Origin: Terriglobia bacterium
Lineage (GTDB): Bacteria; Acidobacteriota; Polarisedimenticolia; Polarisedimenticolales; JAIQFR01
Direction of reading: 5' to 3'
Length of the DNA: 64,000 bases
Assembly: GCA_963748015.1 (NCBI GenBank)
Contig: CAVVHE010000004.1
Location: forward strand, 448,001-512,000
Part shown: positions 29,083 through 38,127 of the stretch, one piece after another
Position numbering within the stretch: the stretch's first letter is position 1
How the letters are laid out: each line of letters starts with the position of its first letter
The notes under the pieces: model-generated
What the model was told of the DNA's origin: nothing
Databases searched by the model: none
Seen by the model: only the letters and a program-made list of their open reading frames with translations
Position numbers and translations under genes: made by a program

Positions 29083-29730
29083 ATGAAGGCGACCCGGCTG
29101 GCTTTGGTCCCCCTGCTGGTCTTCGGAGCCATGTTCGGCTGGGCGGCCTGCCTCGCCGAGGAAACGGGAAAGAACCCGCCCGAGCAGACCGACAAGAAGA
29201 AGGCCGACGACTCGAAGGTCCCCAAGCCCGCCGCGCCGGCCCCGGAGGCTTCCGCGAAGCCGGCACCCGTGCAGCCTGTCGTCTCGGACGAGCCGGGATA
29301 CGTCTACACGAACGATGACCTCGACAGGCTCCCGCCCGCCTCCCCGGCGCCTAGACCCTCCCCGGCGACGGCCAAGGAATCGGCGCCCAAGGCAGGCGAG
29401 CAGCGCCCGGCGGGGACGTTCGATCCGTTGAAGCGGATGCAGGAGGAGCAGGCGAGCGCGGCGGAGCTCAAGACGCAGATCGCCGGCGCGGAGAAGAAGG
29501 TCACCGAGGGCGAGCAGAAGCTCCGGGATCTCGAGCGGCGAAGGCTGGCGGTGGCGAACCCGCTCCTCGCGCCGCCGCAGGTGGCTCCCGAGCAGGCGGC
29601 GCAGTGGAAGCAGTTGAGCGGCCCCGAGCGCCTGAGGGCGACAGACGACGAGATTGCCCAGGCGCGGAAGGAGCTCGAGGACGCGAAGGCCGAGCTTCAA
29701 AAGCTCCGCGCCTCTTCCGGGGTCCATTGA
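29083..29730 (+). CDS. Exported hypothetical protein (Pro-rich linker, coiled coil)
   Basis: Sec-type signal, VYTNDDL motif and heptad-rich C-terminus. SD GGGAGGG; TATATT at 29047-29052. Confidence 0.7.
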   Translation: MKATRLALVPLLVFGAMFGWAACLAEETGKNPPEQTDKKKADDSKVPKPAAPAPEASAKPAPVQPVVSDEPGYVYTNDDLDRLPPASPAPRPSPATAKESAPKAGEQRPAGTFDPLKRMQEEQASAAELKTQIAGAEKKVTEGEQKLRDLERRRLAVANPLLAPPQVAPEQAAQWKQLSGPERLRATDDEIAQARKELEDAKAELQKLRASSGVH

Positions 29731-29756
29731 CAACGGTTCGAGACGCCTCCTAGACT
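29727..29756 (+). promoter_or_regulatory. Sigma70-type promoter
   Basis: TTGACA-N18-TAGACT, ending 10 nt before ATG 29767. Confidence 0.65.
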
Positions 29757-29766
29757 TTCCGGCGGA

Positions 29767-31161
29767 ATGCCCCCCGTCCTGCTGGTCGAAGACCGCGATA
29801 GCCTCAGGCTGATGCTGCGCTCGGCGCTCGAGGCGGAGGGGTTCTCCGTCGAGGAAGCCGCCGACGGAAGCCGGGCGATCAAGGCCCTTGCCACGGGTCG
29901 TTACCTCGCGGTCGTCACCGACCTGAAGATGCCCGGCGCCGACGGCCACAAGGTTCTCGCCGCCGCGCGGGATGCCGACCTGCACCTCCCCGTGATCGTG
30001 ATGAGCGCCCACGGGACGATCGAGGACGCGGTCTGCGCGATGAAGGGGGGCGCCTTCGATTTCCTGCCGAAGCCAGTGGACCCCGATCACCTGGTGCTGC
30101 TCCTCAGGCGCGCCGCGGAGCGGCGGGCGCTCCTGGAGGAGAACCTGCTCCTCAGGGAGGAGTTCGCCGAGCGGCTCGGCTTTCCCAGGATCATCGGCGA
30201 GTCGCCGGCGCTCGTCGAGGCTTCCCGGCAGGTCCAGAAGGCGGCGCCCACCGACGCGACGATTCTCCTCGAGGGAGAATCGGGCACCGGCAAGGAGTTG
30301 TTCGCCCGCGCCATCCACCACCTGAGTTCTCGAAAGGACGCGCCGTTCGTCGCGCTCAACTGCGCGGCGATTCCCGAGACGCTCGTCGAGAACGAGCTGT
30401 TCGGCCACGAGAGGGGGGCTTTCACCGGGGCGGCGGGCACGCGCGCCGGACGCATCGAGCTCGCGGACCGGGGAACGCTGTTTCTCGACGACGTCGGCGA
30501 GCTGGGTCTCGGGGTGCAGGCGAAGCTGCTGCGGGTGCTGCAGGATCGGACGCTCGAGCGGCTCGGAGGGAACCGCACGCTGTCGGTCAACGTCCGCGTG
30601 GTGGCCGCCACCCACCGGGACCTCAAGCGCGCGACCGCGCAAGGCGCCTTCCGCGAGGACCTCTACTTCCGCTTGGCCGTCGTGGCGATCCGTGTTCCGG
30701 CGCTCCGGGAGCGGCGCGGGGACATCCCGTCGCTGGCGTCCTACTTCCTCGAGCGCTACCGCCGCGAGCTCGGTCGCGACCGGCTCGCGCTCTCCGAGGA
30801 GGCGGTCGAGTCGCTGAGGATGCACGACTGGCCGGGCAACGTGCGGGAGCTGGCGAACTGCCTCGAGAGGGCGGCCATCCTGGCCGAGGGCGACGCCATC
30901 GAGCCGCGCCATCTCGGACTCGGCGCGCGCGCTCCGGCCGGCGACGAGGCCCAGGATCTGTGGCGGGCCATCCATGCCGAGGGTTCCCTCGAAGAGGTCG
31001 GCGAGCGGGCCCGCGACCTCGCCGAGAGGGCGGCCATCCGCCGCGCTCTCGACCGGGCCGACGGCGTCCGGAGCCGCGCCGCCGAGCTCTTGCGGATCAG
31101 CCCCAAGCGCCTCGCGGCGCGCATCCGGGACCTAGGGCTCGGTGACGGCGCTCCGTCTTGA
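29767..31161 (+). CDS. NtrC/AtoC-family sigma54 response regulator
   Basis: Receiver (VTDLKMP), GESGTGKE, GAFTGA, WPGNVREL and HTH. Confidence 0.92.
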   Translation: MPPVLLVEDRDSLRLMLRSALEAEGFSVEEAADGSRAIKALATGRYLAVVTDLKMPGADGHKVLAAARDADLHLPVIVMSAHGTIEDAVCAMKGGAFDFLPKPVDPDHLVLLLRRAAERRALLEENLLLREEFAERLGFPRIIGESPALVEASRQVQKAAPTDATILLEGESGTGKELFARAIHHLSSRKDAPFVALNCAAIPETLVENELFGHERGAFTGAAGTRAGRIELADRGTLFLDDVGELGLGVQAKLLRVLQDRTLERLGGNRTLSVNVRVVAATHRDLKRATAQGAFREDLYFRLAVVAIRVPALRERRGDIPSLASYFLERYRRELGRDRLALSEEAVESLRMHDWPGNVRELANCLERAAILAEGDAIEPRHLGLGARAPAGDEAQDLWRAIHAEGSLEEVGERARDLAERAAIRRALDRADGVRSRAAELLRISPKRLAARIRDLGLGDGAPS

Positions 31162-31185
31162 CCCGACCGTTCCCTCTGCTATAGT
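31158..31185 (+). promoter_or_regulatory. Sigma70-type promoter with extended -10
   Basis: TTGACC-N16-TATAGT, with TG at 31177-31178. Confidence 0.7.
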
Positions 31186-31190
31186 GCCGC

Positions 31191-31423
31191 TCCGGTCCGC
31201 CGGGCCAACGCTACGGCCCGCGGGTGACGGGGAATCCCCGCGGAGATGCCTGCACAGAAGGTTGGCCAGCCGTCGCGACGACGATAGGGGTCCGTCTGAC
31301 GCGGTTCCTCCGGGATCAGCCGGCGGAACGAAAAGGGGGCGGGTGGCCCCCCGGATCGAGCGGCTCGGCGGCTTTCGATTCCCCGGACGGCGCGAGAGCG
31401 CCCGCGATGCAGGGAGGCTGCGC
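31191..31423 (+). promoter_or_regulatory. Long structured 5' leader (candidate cis-regulatory RNA)
   Basis: About 230 nt between promoter and ATG, with several stems, a GAGA tetraloop hairpin and a 9-bp alternative long-range pairing. Confidence 0.4.
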
Positions 31424-32743
31424 ATGATGCCCCGAAAGATACTCATCCTAGGAGCCGCCGGACGGGACTTCCACAACTTCAACGTGGTCTATCGGGACAA
31501 TCCGGAATACGAGGTCGTGGCCTTCACGGCGACGCAGATTCCCGACATCGCGGGGCGCCGTTACCCGGCCGAGCTCGCCGGGCGACTCTACCCCTACGGG
31601 ATCCCGATCCGGGCCGAGATCGAGATGGAGGCGATCATCCGGGACCTCGCCGTGGACGAGGTGCTCTTCGCGTACTCGGACGTGTCTCACGAGGCCGTCA
31701 TGCACCTCGCCTCGCGCGCCGTCGCCGCCGGGGCGGACTTCCACGTGATGGGGGCCGGCGCGACGATGATCGCGTCTAGCGTGCCGGTGGTCTCGGTGTG
31801 CGCGGTCCGGACCGGGAGCGGCAAGAGCCAGACCACGCGAAAGGTCGCCGAGCTGCTCCTGGCCGCGGGCAAGCGAGTCGTGGCGGTCCGCCACCCGATG
31901 CCTTACGGCGACCTCGTCCGCCAGAAGGTGCAGCGCTTCGCGGCCTACGAGGACCTCGATCGCCACGAGTGCACCATCGAGGAGCGCGAGGAATACGAGC
32001 CGCACCTCGACCGTGGGACCGTCGTGTACGCGGGGGTGGATTACGGCGCCATCCTCGCCGAGGCCGAGAAGGAGGCCGACGTGATCCTGTGGGACGGCGG
32101 GAACAACGATCTTCCGTTCTACCTGCCCGATCTCGAGATCTGCGTGGCCGACCCCCATCGCCCCGGGCACGAGCTACGGTACTTCCCGGGCGAGGCGAAC
32201 CTGAGGCGCGCGGACGTCGTCGTGATCAACAAGGTCGGGACAGCGACCGCCGAAGGGCTCGAGACGGTCCGCCGCAGCATCGCCGAGGTCAACCCGGGCG
32301 CCACGGTCATCGAGGCGGACTCGCCGGTGACGGTGAGCGACCCCGCGGCCGTGAAGGGGAAGCGGGTGCTCGTCATCGAGGACGGTCCCACGCTCACGCA
32401 CGGCGAGATGACCTACGGAGCGGGCGTGGTGGCGGCGAAGCAGAACGGCGCGGCGGAGCTGGTGGATCCGCGCCCCTACGCGGTGGGCCGCCTCGCCGAG
32501 ACGTTCCGGAAGTACCCGAACACCGGCCCCGTACTGCCGGCCATGGGTTACGGCGAGGAGCAGACGCGGGATCTGGAGGCGACCGTCAAGGCCACGCCGT
32601 GCGACCTGGTCGTCATCGGAACGCCGATCGACCTCCGACGGATCATCTCGTTCGACAAACCGACCGTCCGGGTGACCTATGATCTCGCCGAGAGGGGCAA
32701 GCCCGATCTCGCCCAAGTTCTCGCCCCGATCCTGGCGCGGTGA
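31424..32743 (+). CDS. P-loop NTPase of the predicted-GTPase/cDPG-synthetase-like family; probable arginine synthetase (ArcE-like)
   Basis: GAAGRDFHNFN, RTGSGKSQT, RHPMPYG, TIEEREEYE, WDGGNND and EDGPTLTHG; only 24 nt from argF. Confidence 0.7.
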   Translation: MMPRKILILGAAGRDFHNFNVVYRDNPEYEVVAFTATQIPDIAGRRYPAELAGRLYPYGIPIRAEIEMEAIIRDLAVDEVLFAYSDVSHEAVMHLASRAVAAGADFHVMGAGATMIASSVPVVSVCAVRTGSGKSQTTRKVAELLLAAGKRVVAVRHPMPYGDLVRQKVQRFAAYEDLDRHECTIEEREEYEPHLDRGTVVYAGVDYGAILAEAEKEADVILWDGGNNDLPFYLPDLEICVADPHRPGHELRYFPGEANLRRADVVVINKVGTATAEGLETVRRSIAEVNPGATVIEADSPVTVSDPAAVKGKRVLVIEDGPTLTHGEMTYGAGVVAAKQNGAAELVDPRPYAVGRLAETFRKYPNTGPVLPAMGYGEEQTRDLEATVKATPCDLVVIGTPIDLRRIISFDKPTVRVTYDLAERGKPDLAQVLAPILAR

Positions 32744-32767
32744 CGCGCGATTGAGGAGGGATTGGAA

Positions 32768-33700
32768 GTGAACGTCGAAAGCCTGGCTGGACGCGACCTG
32801 GTCTCCTTGATGCAGTGGACCTCCGAGGAAGTGGCGGCGGTCCTGACGCTCGCCGCCGAGCTGAAGGCGAATCCGGCGCACTACGCCAAGGCGCTCGCGG
32901 GGAAGACGCTGTTCATGTACTTCGAGAAGCCGTCCCTCAGGACGCGGGTCACCTTCGAGGCCGGGATGACCCAGCTCGGAGGCCACGCGATCTACTACTC
33001 CGCCTCCGACGGGAAGATCGGCGTGAGGGAGAGCGTCGAGGACGTCGCCCGGAACCTCGACCGATGGGTGGACGGCGCGATGTGCCGCACCTTCAGCCAC
33101 GCCCTCGTCGACGATCTCGCGCGGTTCACCGGGATCCCCGTGATCAACGGCCTGACCGACCACCTGCATCCCTGCCAGGCCCTCGCCGACTTCATGACCC
33201 TGCAGGAGGTGGACGAGGAGATCCGCGGGAAGCGCCTGGTCTACATCGGGGACGGCAACAACGTCTCCCACTCCCTCATGGAGACCGGCGCCCGTCTCGG
33301 TGTCCACGTCACGGTGGTGACGCCCGAGGGCTACGGCCCGTCGCCCGACGTGGTGCGGTCGTGCGTCGAGGCAGGGGTCGCGACGGGTGCCTCGATCGGC
33401 GTCGGGACCGACCTGGCCCTCGTCGAGGGCGCGGACGCGATCTACACCGACGTCTGGGCGTCCATGGGGCAGGAGACCGAGGCGGAGGCCCGCCGACGGG
33501 CCTTCATGCCGTACCAGGTCAACGCCGCGCTGATGGCGCGCGCGGGCGGCGATGCCGTGTTCATGCACTGCCTGCCGGCGCACCGCGGCGACGAGGTCAC
33601 CGACGAGGTCGCGGACTCGCCGCAGTCGGTGATCTTCGAGCAGGCGGAGAACCGGTTGCACGCCCAGAAAGCGGTGATGCTCGCCCTGATGGGCGCCTGA
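32768..33700 (+). CDS. argF: Ornithine carbamoyltransferase
   Basis: FEKPSLRT, HPCQ, GDGNNV, DVWASMG and HCLP motifs; SD GAGGAGG. Confidence 0.92.
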   Translation: MNVESLAGRDLVSLMQWTSEEVAAVLTLAAELKANPAHYAKALAGKTLFMYFEKPSLRTRVTFEAGMTQLGGHAIYYSASDGKIGVRESVEDVARNLDRWVDGAMCRTFSHALVDDLARFTGIPVINGLTDHLHPCQALADFMTLQEVDEEIRGKRLVYIGDGNNVSHSLMETGARLGVHVTVVTPEGYGPSPDVVRSCVEAGVATGASIGVGTDLALVEGADAIYTDVWASMGQETEAEARRRAFMPYQVNAALMARAGGDAVFMHCLPAHRGDEVTDEVADSPQSVIFEQAENRLHAQKAVMLALMGA

Positions 33701-33712
33701 GCCCACGCGGCG

Positions 33713-33786
33713 GCTCGTCCCGAGACGGGAGTGCCCCAGCCAGCCCGAAAAAGGGCTGGCTGGGGCACTCCCGTCTCGGGACGAGC
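33713..33786. repeat. Perfect 34-bp inverted repeat between convergent genes
   Basis: GCTCGTCCCGAGACGGGAGTGCCCCAGCCAGCCC, then GAAAAA, then its exact reverse complement. Confidence 0.95.
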
Positions 33787-33820
33787 GGGCCCTCGCTGCG
33801 AGTGACAGGGGAGTGGGCGA

Positions 33821-34537
33821 CTAGCCGCCCTTGATCGCGGTGTGGATGCAGACGATGCCGCCGGTGAGGGGGAGCCAGCCGACGGCGGCGAAGCCGGACT
33901 CGCGGAGGATGCCGGCGAGAATGGGGGGCTCGGGGAACTCGCCGATCGTCGCGGCGAGATAACGGTAGGGACCCGAGCGGCCGGACACGCCGTCGCCGAC
34001 GCGAGGGAGCACGCGCCGGAGGTAGAGCGAGTAGACGGCCGAGAGGAATCGCGAGGTCGGCCTGCTGAACTCCAGGACGACCAGCCGGCCGCCGGGCCGG
34101 AGGACGCGCAGGATCTCCCGCAGCCCCGCGTCCAGGTCGCAGAAGTTGCGGACGCCGAAGGCGACCGTGACCGCGGCCACGGTACCGTCGGAGAAGGGAA
34201 GCCGGAGGGCGTCGGTTTCGAGGATCGCGCAGCGGGAAGAGAGGCCGCGACGGGCGAACTTGGCCTGGGCGCGGAGCAGCATCGGGTGGGCGAAGTCGGC
34301 GCAGACCACAAGGCTGAGGGGGAGGGCCCGGGCGAGCTCGACCGCGAGGTCGCCCGTGCCTCCGCAGAGGTCGGCGACGGTTTCGGCGGCATCCACCGCC
34401 GCTTCGGCTGCCGCGCGGCGCCGCCAGCCGAGGTCCTGTCCCAGGCTGAGGACCCGGTTCAGCACGTCGTATCGGCGCGCGATCGCCCCGAACATCGCCC
34501 GCACTCGGGCGGGATCCTTGCTCTCCCCGGCCGGCAA
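33821..34537 (-). CDS. ubiE: UbiE/MenG quinone C-methyltransferase
   Basis: MFGAIARRYDVLNRVLS, DLCGGTGD, AFGVRN, LEFS and YRYL. TTG start after GGAGG; TGG-TATACT -10 at 34556-34564 on the minus strand. Confidence 0.88.
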   Translation of the reverse strand: MPAGESKDPARVRAMFGAIARRYDVLNRVLSLGQDLGWRRRAAAEAAVDAAETVADLCGGTGDLAVELARALPLSLVVCADFAHPMLLRAQAKFARRGLSSRCAILETDALRLPFSDGTVAAVTVAFGVRNFCDLDAGLREILRVLRPGGRLVVLEFSRPTSRFLSAVYSLYLRRVLPRVGDGVSGRSGPYRYLAATIGEFPEPPILAGILRESGFAAVGWLPLTGGIVCIHTAIKGG

Positions 34538-34605
34538 AAGGCACCTCCCCGCCCGAGTATACCAATCGGGGAATGCGCCCCGGCCGGCCGGGAGTTGCGC
34601 GGTTC

Positions 34606-34634
34606 TTGACAATCCCGCGGGCGAATGGTAGAAA
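34606..34634 (+). promoter_or_regulatory. Sigma70-type promoter of rplM
   Basis: TTGACA-N17-TAGAAA with upstream TG. Confidence 0.6.
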
Positions 34635-34700
34635 GACGCTTTCGCCTGAGGCATTTCTGCGCGCTCGAGGGCGCGGCAAGCACGGAACGAGGAAGGGCGG

Positions 34701-35150
34701 ATGCGGACGTACGTGCCCAAGGCAGGGGACATTCAGAGCGCGTGGTGGATCGTCGACGCCCAGGGCCTGACCCTCGGGCGCCTTTCCACCGTCGTGGCCG
34801 AGCGGCTGAGCGGCAAGCACAAGCCGACCTACACGCCGTTCCTCGACACCGGCGACCACGTCGTCGTCGTGAACGCCGAGAAGGTCCGGCTCACGGGCCG
34901 CAAGCTCAAGGACAAGATGTATCGGCACCACACGGGCTACCCCGGGGGCCTCAAGGAGATCCCCGCAGGAAAGCTCCTCGCGAAGCACCCGGAGCGTTTG
35001 ATCGAGTTCGCGGTGAAGGGGATGCTGCCGAAGGGACCTCTCGGTCGGCAGATGGTGCGGAAGCTCAAGGTGTATGCCGGCGACCGCCATCCGCACGAGG
35101 CTCAGAAGCCCCAGGCGCTCCCGATTCCCGACGCAGCACGGGCTCGATAG
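34701..35150 (+). CDS. rplM: 50S ribosomal protein L13
   Basis: [20 protein letters not shown] and HPHEAQKP motifs. Confidence 0.97.
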   Translation: MRTYVPKAGDIQSAWWIVDAQGLTLGRLSTVVAERLSGKHKPTYTPFLDTGDHVVVVNAEKVRLTGRKLKDKMYRHHTGYPGGLKEIPAGKLLAKHPERLIEFAVKGMLPKGPLGRQMVRKLKVYAGDRHPHEAQKPQALPIPDAARAR

Positions 35151-35174
35151 CGGCACGGAAGGAGAGGACCGAAC

Positions 35175-35573
35175 TTGAAAGAGGGCGCGATCCAGTACTA
35201 CGGAACCGGCCGGCGCAAGACCTCCTCGGCGCGAGTCTACCTCCGCCCCGGCTCGGGCAGCATCCGGGTGAACAACAAGCCGTTCGACGAGTACTTCCCG
35301 AACGAGATGCTCAAGATGATCATCCGGCAGCCGCTGGTGATCACCGAGACCGCGGACAAGTTCGACCTCCACGTCCGGGTTTGCGGCGGCGGCTGCTCCG
35401 GTCAGGCCGGCGCGCTGCGCCACGGCATCGCCCGGGCCCTCCTGACCTATAACCCGGAGCTGCGGGGCCGTCTCAAGGAGGCGGGATTCCTGACGCGCGA
35501 TCCTCGCAAGGTGGAGCGGAAGAAGTACGGCCGGCCGGGCGCCCGCAAGCGCTTCCAGTTCTCGAAGCGGTAG
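35175..35573 (+). CDS. rpsI: 30S ribosomal protein S9
   Basis: GTGRRK...QFSKR. Confidence 0.97.
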   Translation: MKEGAIQYYGTGRRKTSSARVYLRPGSGSIRVNNKPFDEYFPNEMLKMIIRQPLVITETADKFDLHVRVCGGGCSGQAGALRHGIARALLTYNPELRGRLKEAGFLTRDPRKVERKKYGRPGARKRFQFSKR

Positions 35574-35611
35574 GGCGGCGCGGACCCGATTCCAGAAAGG
35601 GAGGCAAGCTT

Positions 35612-36526
35612 TTGGTTTCCGTGACGATGAAGGATCTCCTGGAGGCCGGCGTTCACTTCGGCCACCAGACGCGGCGCTGGAACCCGAAGATGAAGGAGTA
35701 CATCTACGGGGCCAGGAACGGCATCTACATCATCGACCTCCAGAAGTCGATCCGGAAGCTGCGAGATGCCCTGGCTTTCGTCCACGACCTCGCCTCCAAC
35801 GGGGGGACGGTGCTGTTCGTGGGGACGAAGCGGCAGGCGCAGGAAGTGATCGCCGAAGAGGCGGCGCGATGCGGTCTGTTCCACGTCAATCAGCGCTGGC
35901 TCGGCGGGACGCTCACGAACTTCGCGACGATCCGCAAGAGCCTGAACCGCCTTCGCGAGCTCGAGGAAACGAGCAGCGTCGAGCGCGCGGCGCACTTCAC
36001 CAAGAAAGAGGCCGCCCGCCTCGAGAAGGAGCGCGAGCGTCTCGACAAGGCCCTGATGGGAATCAAGAACATGGAAGGGCTGCCGCAGGCCCTGTTCGTC
36101 GTGGATCCCCAGAAGGAGAAGATCGCCGTGGCCGAGGCCAACAAGCTCGGCATCCCGGTGATAGCGATCGTGGACACCAACTGCGATCCCGAGCCCATCC
36201 AGTACCCGATCCCCGGGAACGACGACGCGATCCGGGCGATCAAGCTGTTCGCCGGGAAGTTCGCCGACGCGATCATCGAGGGGCGGGGGCTGTGGGAAGC
36301 GGTACGGCGCGAGCGAGAGGCCGAGGCCGAGAAGCGCTCGGCGGCCGGAGTGCAGAACATCGCCGAGCGAGTCCGCGCCCGGGAAGCCCGGCGGGAGAAG
36401 CTGCGCGCCCAGGCGCACGCGGCTCGCGGCGGAAGGTCGCGCGGCGGAGCCCCGTCCGGCGGCCAGCGGCAGGGCGGCGCCGAGGCCCCGGTCACGACGG
36501 CGGACGAGCCGGGCGCGGCGGAGTAG
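35612..36526 (+). CDS. rpsB: 30S ribosomal protein S2
   Basis: [19 protein letters not shown] and IPGNDD motifs; extended C-terminus. Confidence 0.97.
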   Translation: MVSVTMKDLLEAGVHFGHQTRRWNPKMKEYIYGARNGIYIIDLQKSIRKLRDALAFVHDLASNGGTVLFVGTKRQAQEVIAEEAARCGLFHVNQRWLGGTLTNFATIRKSLNRLRELEETSSVERAAHFTKKEAARLEKERERLDKALMGIKNMEGLPQALFVVDPQKEKIAVAEANKLGIPVIAIVDTNCDPEPIQYPIPGNDDAIRAIKLFAGKFADAIIEGRGLWEAVRREREAEAEKRSAAGVQNIAERVRAREARREKLRAQAHAARGGRSRGGAPSGGQRQGGAEAPVTTADEPGAAE

Positions 36527-36546
36527 GCTCGCAACGGAATTCTTCG

Positions 36547-36582
36547 AGCCCCGACGCGGCACGGCCCGCGCCGGGGCTTTTT
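36547..36582 (+). terminator. Intrinsic terminator/attenuator between rpsB and tsf
   Basis: AGCCCCG...CGGGGCT stem followed by a T-run. Confidence 0.6.
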
Positions 36583-36633
36583 GATGCCGGCTCCCCCGCA
36601 CGGGGGGCGGCGTTCGGATGGAGAGACCCCGAG

Positions 36634-37233
36634 ATGGAAATCACCGCAGCCGTCGTCAAGCAGCTCCGCGAGAAGACCGGTGTCGGGATGATGGAGTGCA
36701 AGAGCGCCTTGGTCGAGTCCGCCGGCGACGTCGCCGAGGCGGAGAAGATCCTGCGCAAGCGCGGGGTCGCCGCCGCCGCGAAGAAGGCCGGCAGGGCCAC
36801 CGGCGAGGGCGCGGTCGCGGCGTACATCCACACCGGCGGGAAGATCGGCGTCCTCGTGGAGATCAACTGCGAGACCGACTTCGCCGCGAGAAGCGCGGAC
36901 TTCCAGTCGCTGGTCCACGACGTCGCGATGCACGTCGCCGCGGCCGCGCCGCGCTTCGTGCGGCGCGAGGACGTCTTGGAGAGCGTCCTGGCGGAGGAGC
37001 GGGAGATCGCGAGGGACCAGGCGGCGAAGTCCGGCAAGCCCGCCCAGGTCGTGGACAAGATCGTCGAGGGCAAGCTGGAGAAGTTCTACGCCGAGGCTTG
37101 TCTCCTCGATCAGCCGTTCGTCAAGGACCCGGACAAGACGGTGGGCCAGCTCGTGACGGCCGCGGTCGCCCGGATCGGCGAGAACATCCAAGTGAGACGC
37201 TTCGCCCGTTTCGTCCTCGGGGAAGACATCTGA
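36634..37233 (+). CDS. tsf: Elongation factor Ts (short, single-core type)
   Basis: VKQLREKTGVGMMECK, NCETDF and GENIQVRRF; 199 aa. Confidence 0.96.
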   Translation: MEITAAVVKQLREKTGVGMMECKSALVESAGDVAEAEKILRKRGVAAAAKKAGRATGEGAVAAYIHTGGKIGVLVEINCETDFAARSADFQSLVHDVAMHVAAAAPRFVRREDVLESVLAEEREIARDQAAKSGKPAQVVDKIVEGKLEKFYAEACLLDQPFVKDPDKTVGQLVTAAVARIGENIQVRRFARFVLGEDI

Positions 37234-37317
37234 TCTTTCCCCCCGCGCCCCTTCCGGGCGCGGGCACGGGTCGGGGGCGCGCCGCGGCACGCCCCGGGGC
37301 GGAGCGCGGGGGCCGTC

Positions 37318-38037
37318 ATGGATCGACCGCTTCGCTACCGAAGGATCCTGCTCAAGCTGTCGGGAGAGGCCCTTCTCGGAGAGCGCTCCCACGGGATCGA
37401 CACCGGAATCGTCGGCCGGCTCTCGGACGAGATCCGGGAGATCCACGATATGGGGGTCGAGCTGGCCCTCGTGGTGGGCGGGGGGAACATCTACCGCGGC
37501 AGCGAGGCCGCCGCCGCGGGAATGGACCGCGTCACCGGGGACCACATGGGCATGCTCGCGACGCTCATGAACTCGTTGGCGCTCCAGGACGCCCTCGAGA
37601 ACCGCTCCATCGTGACCCGCGTTCTCTCCGCGATCGAGATCCGGCAGGTCGCGGAGCCGTTCATCAGGCGCCGCGCGCTGCGGCACCTCGAGAAGGGGCG
37701 GGTCGTGATCCTCGCCGCGGGCACCGGGAATCCCTACTTCACCACCGACAGCGCCGCGGCCTTGAGGGCCATGGAGATGAAGGCCGAGGTGCTCCTCAAG
37801 GCCACCAAGGTGGACGGAGTGTACACGGCCGATCCGGTCAAGGATCCGTCCGCGACCCTGCTGAAGCACGTCGGTTACCTCGAGGCCCTCGAGCGCGGGC
37901 TCCGCGTGATGGACACCACCGCGATCTCGCTCTGCATGGACAACCGGCTCCCGATCGTCGTGTTCAACATCCGGGTGCCCGGGAACATCCGGAGGATCGT
38001 CCTCGGGGAGGACATCGGTTCCACCGTTTCCGGGTGA
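37318..38037 (+). CDS. pyrH: UMP kinase
   Basis: [14 protein letters not shown] and [11 protein letters not shown] motifs. Confidence 0.97.
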   Translation: MDRPLRYRRILLKLSGEALLGERSHGIDTGIVGRLSDEIREIHDMGVELALVVGGGNIYRGSEAAAAGMDRVTGDHMGMLATLMNSLALQDALENRSIVTRVLSAIEIRQVAEPFIRRRALRHLEKGRVVILAAGTGNPYFTTDSAAALRAMEMKAEVLLKATKVDGVYTADPVKDPSATLLKHVGYLEALERGLRVMDTTAISLCMDNRLPIVVFNIRVPGNIRRIVLGEDIGSTVSG

Positions 38038-38127
38038 CGCCGGATCGAGGCCGGTCGAGCAGGAGCCGTCAGAAAAGCGCCGCGGGGCCAGGACCTGGCA
38101 GGGCCGCGAGCCGGAGGCTAGCTGAAC

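Noticed and set aside
31285..31365. ykkC/guanidine-I (TAGGGGTCCG) or minus-strand c-di-AMP (GGAGGAACCGC) riboswitch
   Set aside because: Only short fragments match, the conserved 3' elements are missing, and the c-di-AMP-like match is on the wrong strand.
32768..33700. N-acetyl- or N-succinyl-ornithine transcarbamylase because of SLRT
   Set aside because: The DxxxSMG ornithine-binding loop and HCLPAHRG are those of a true OTC.
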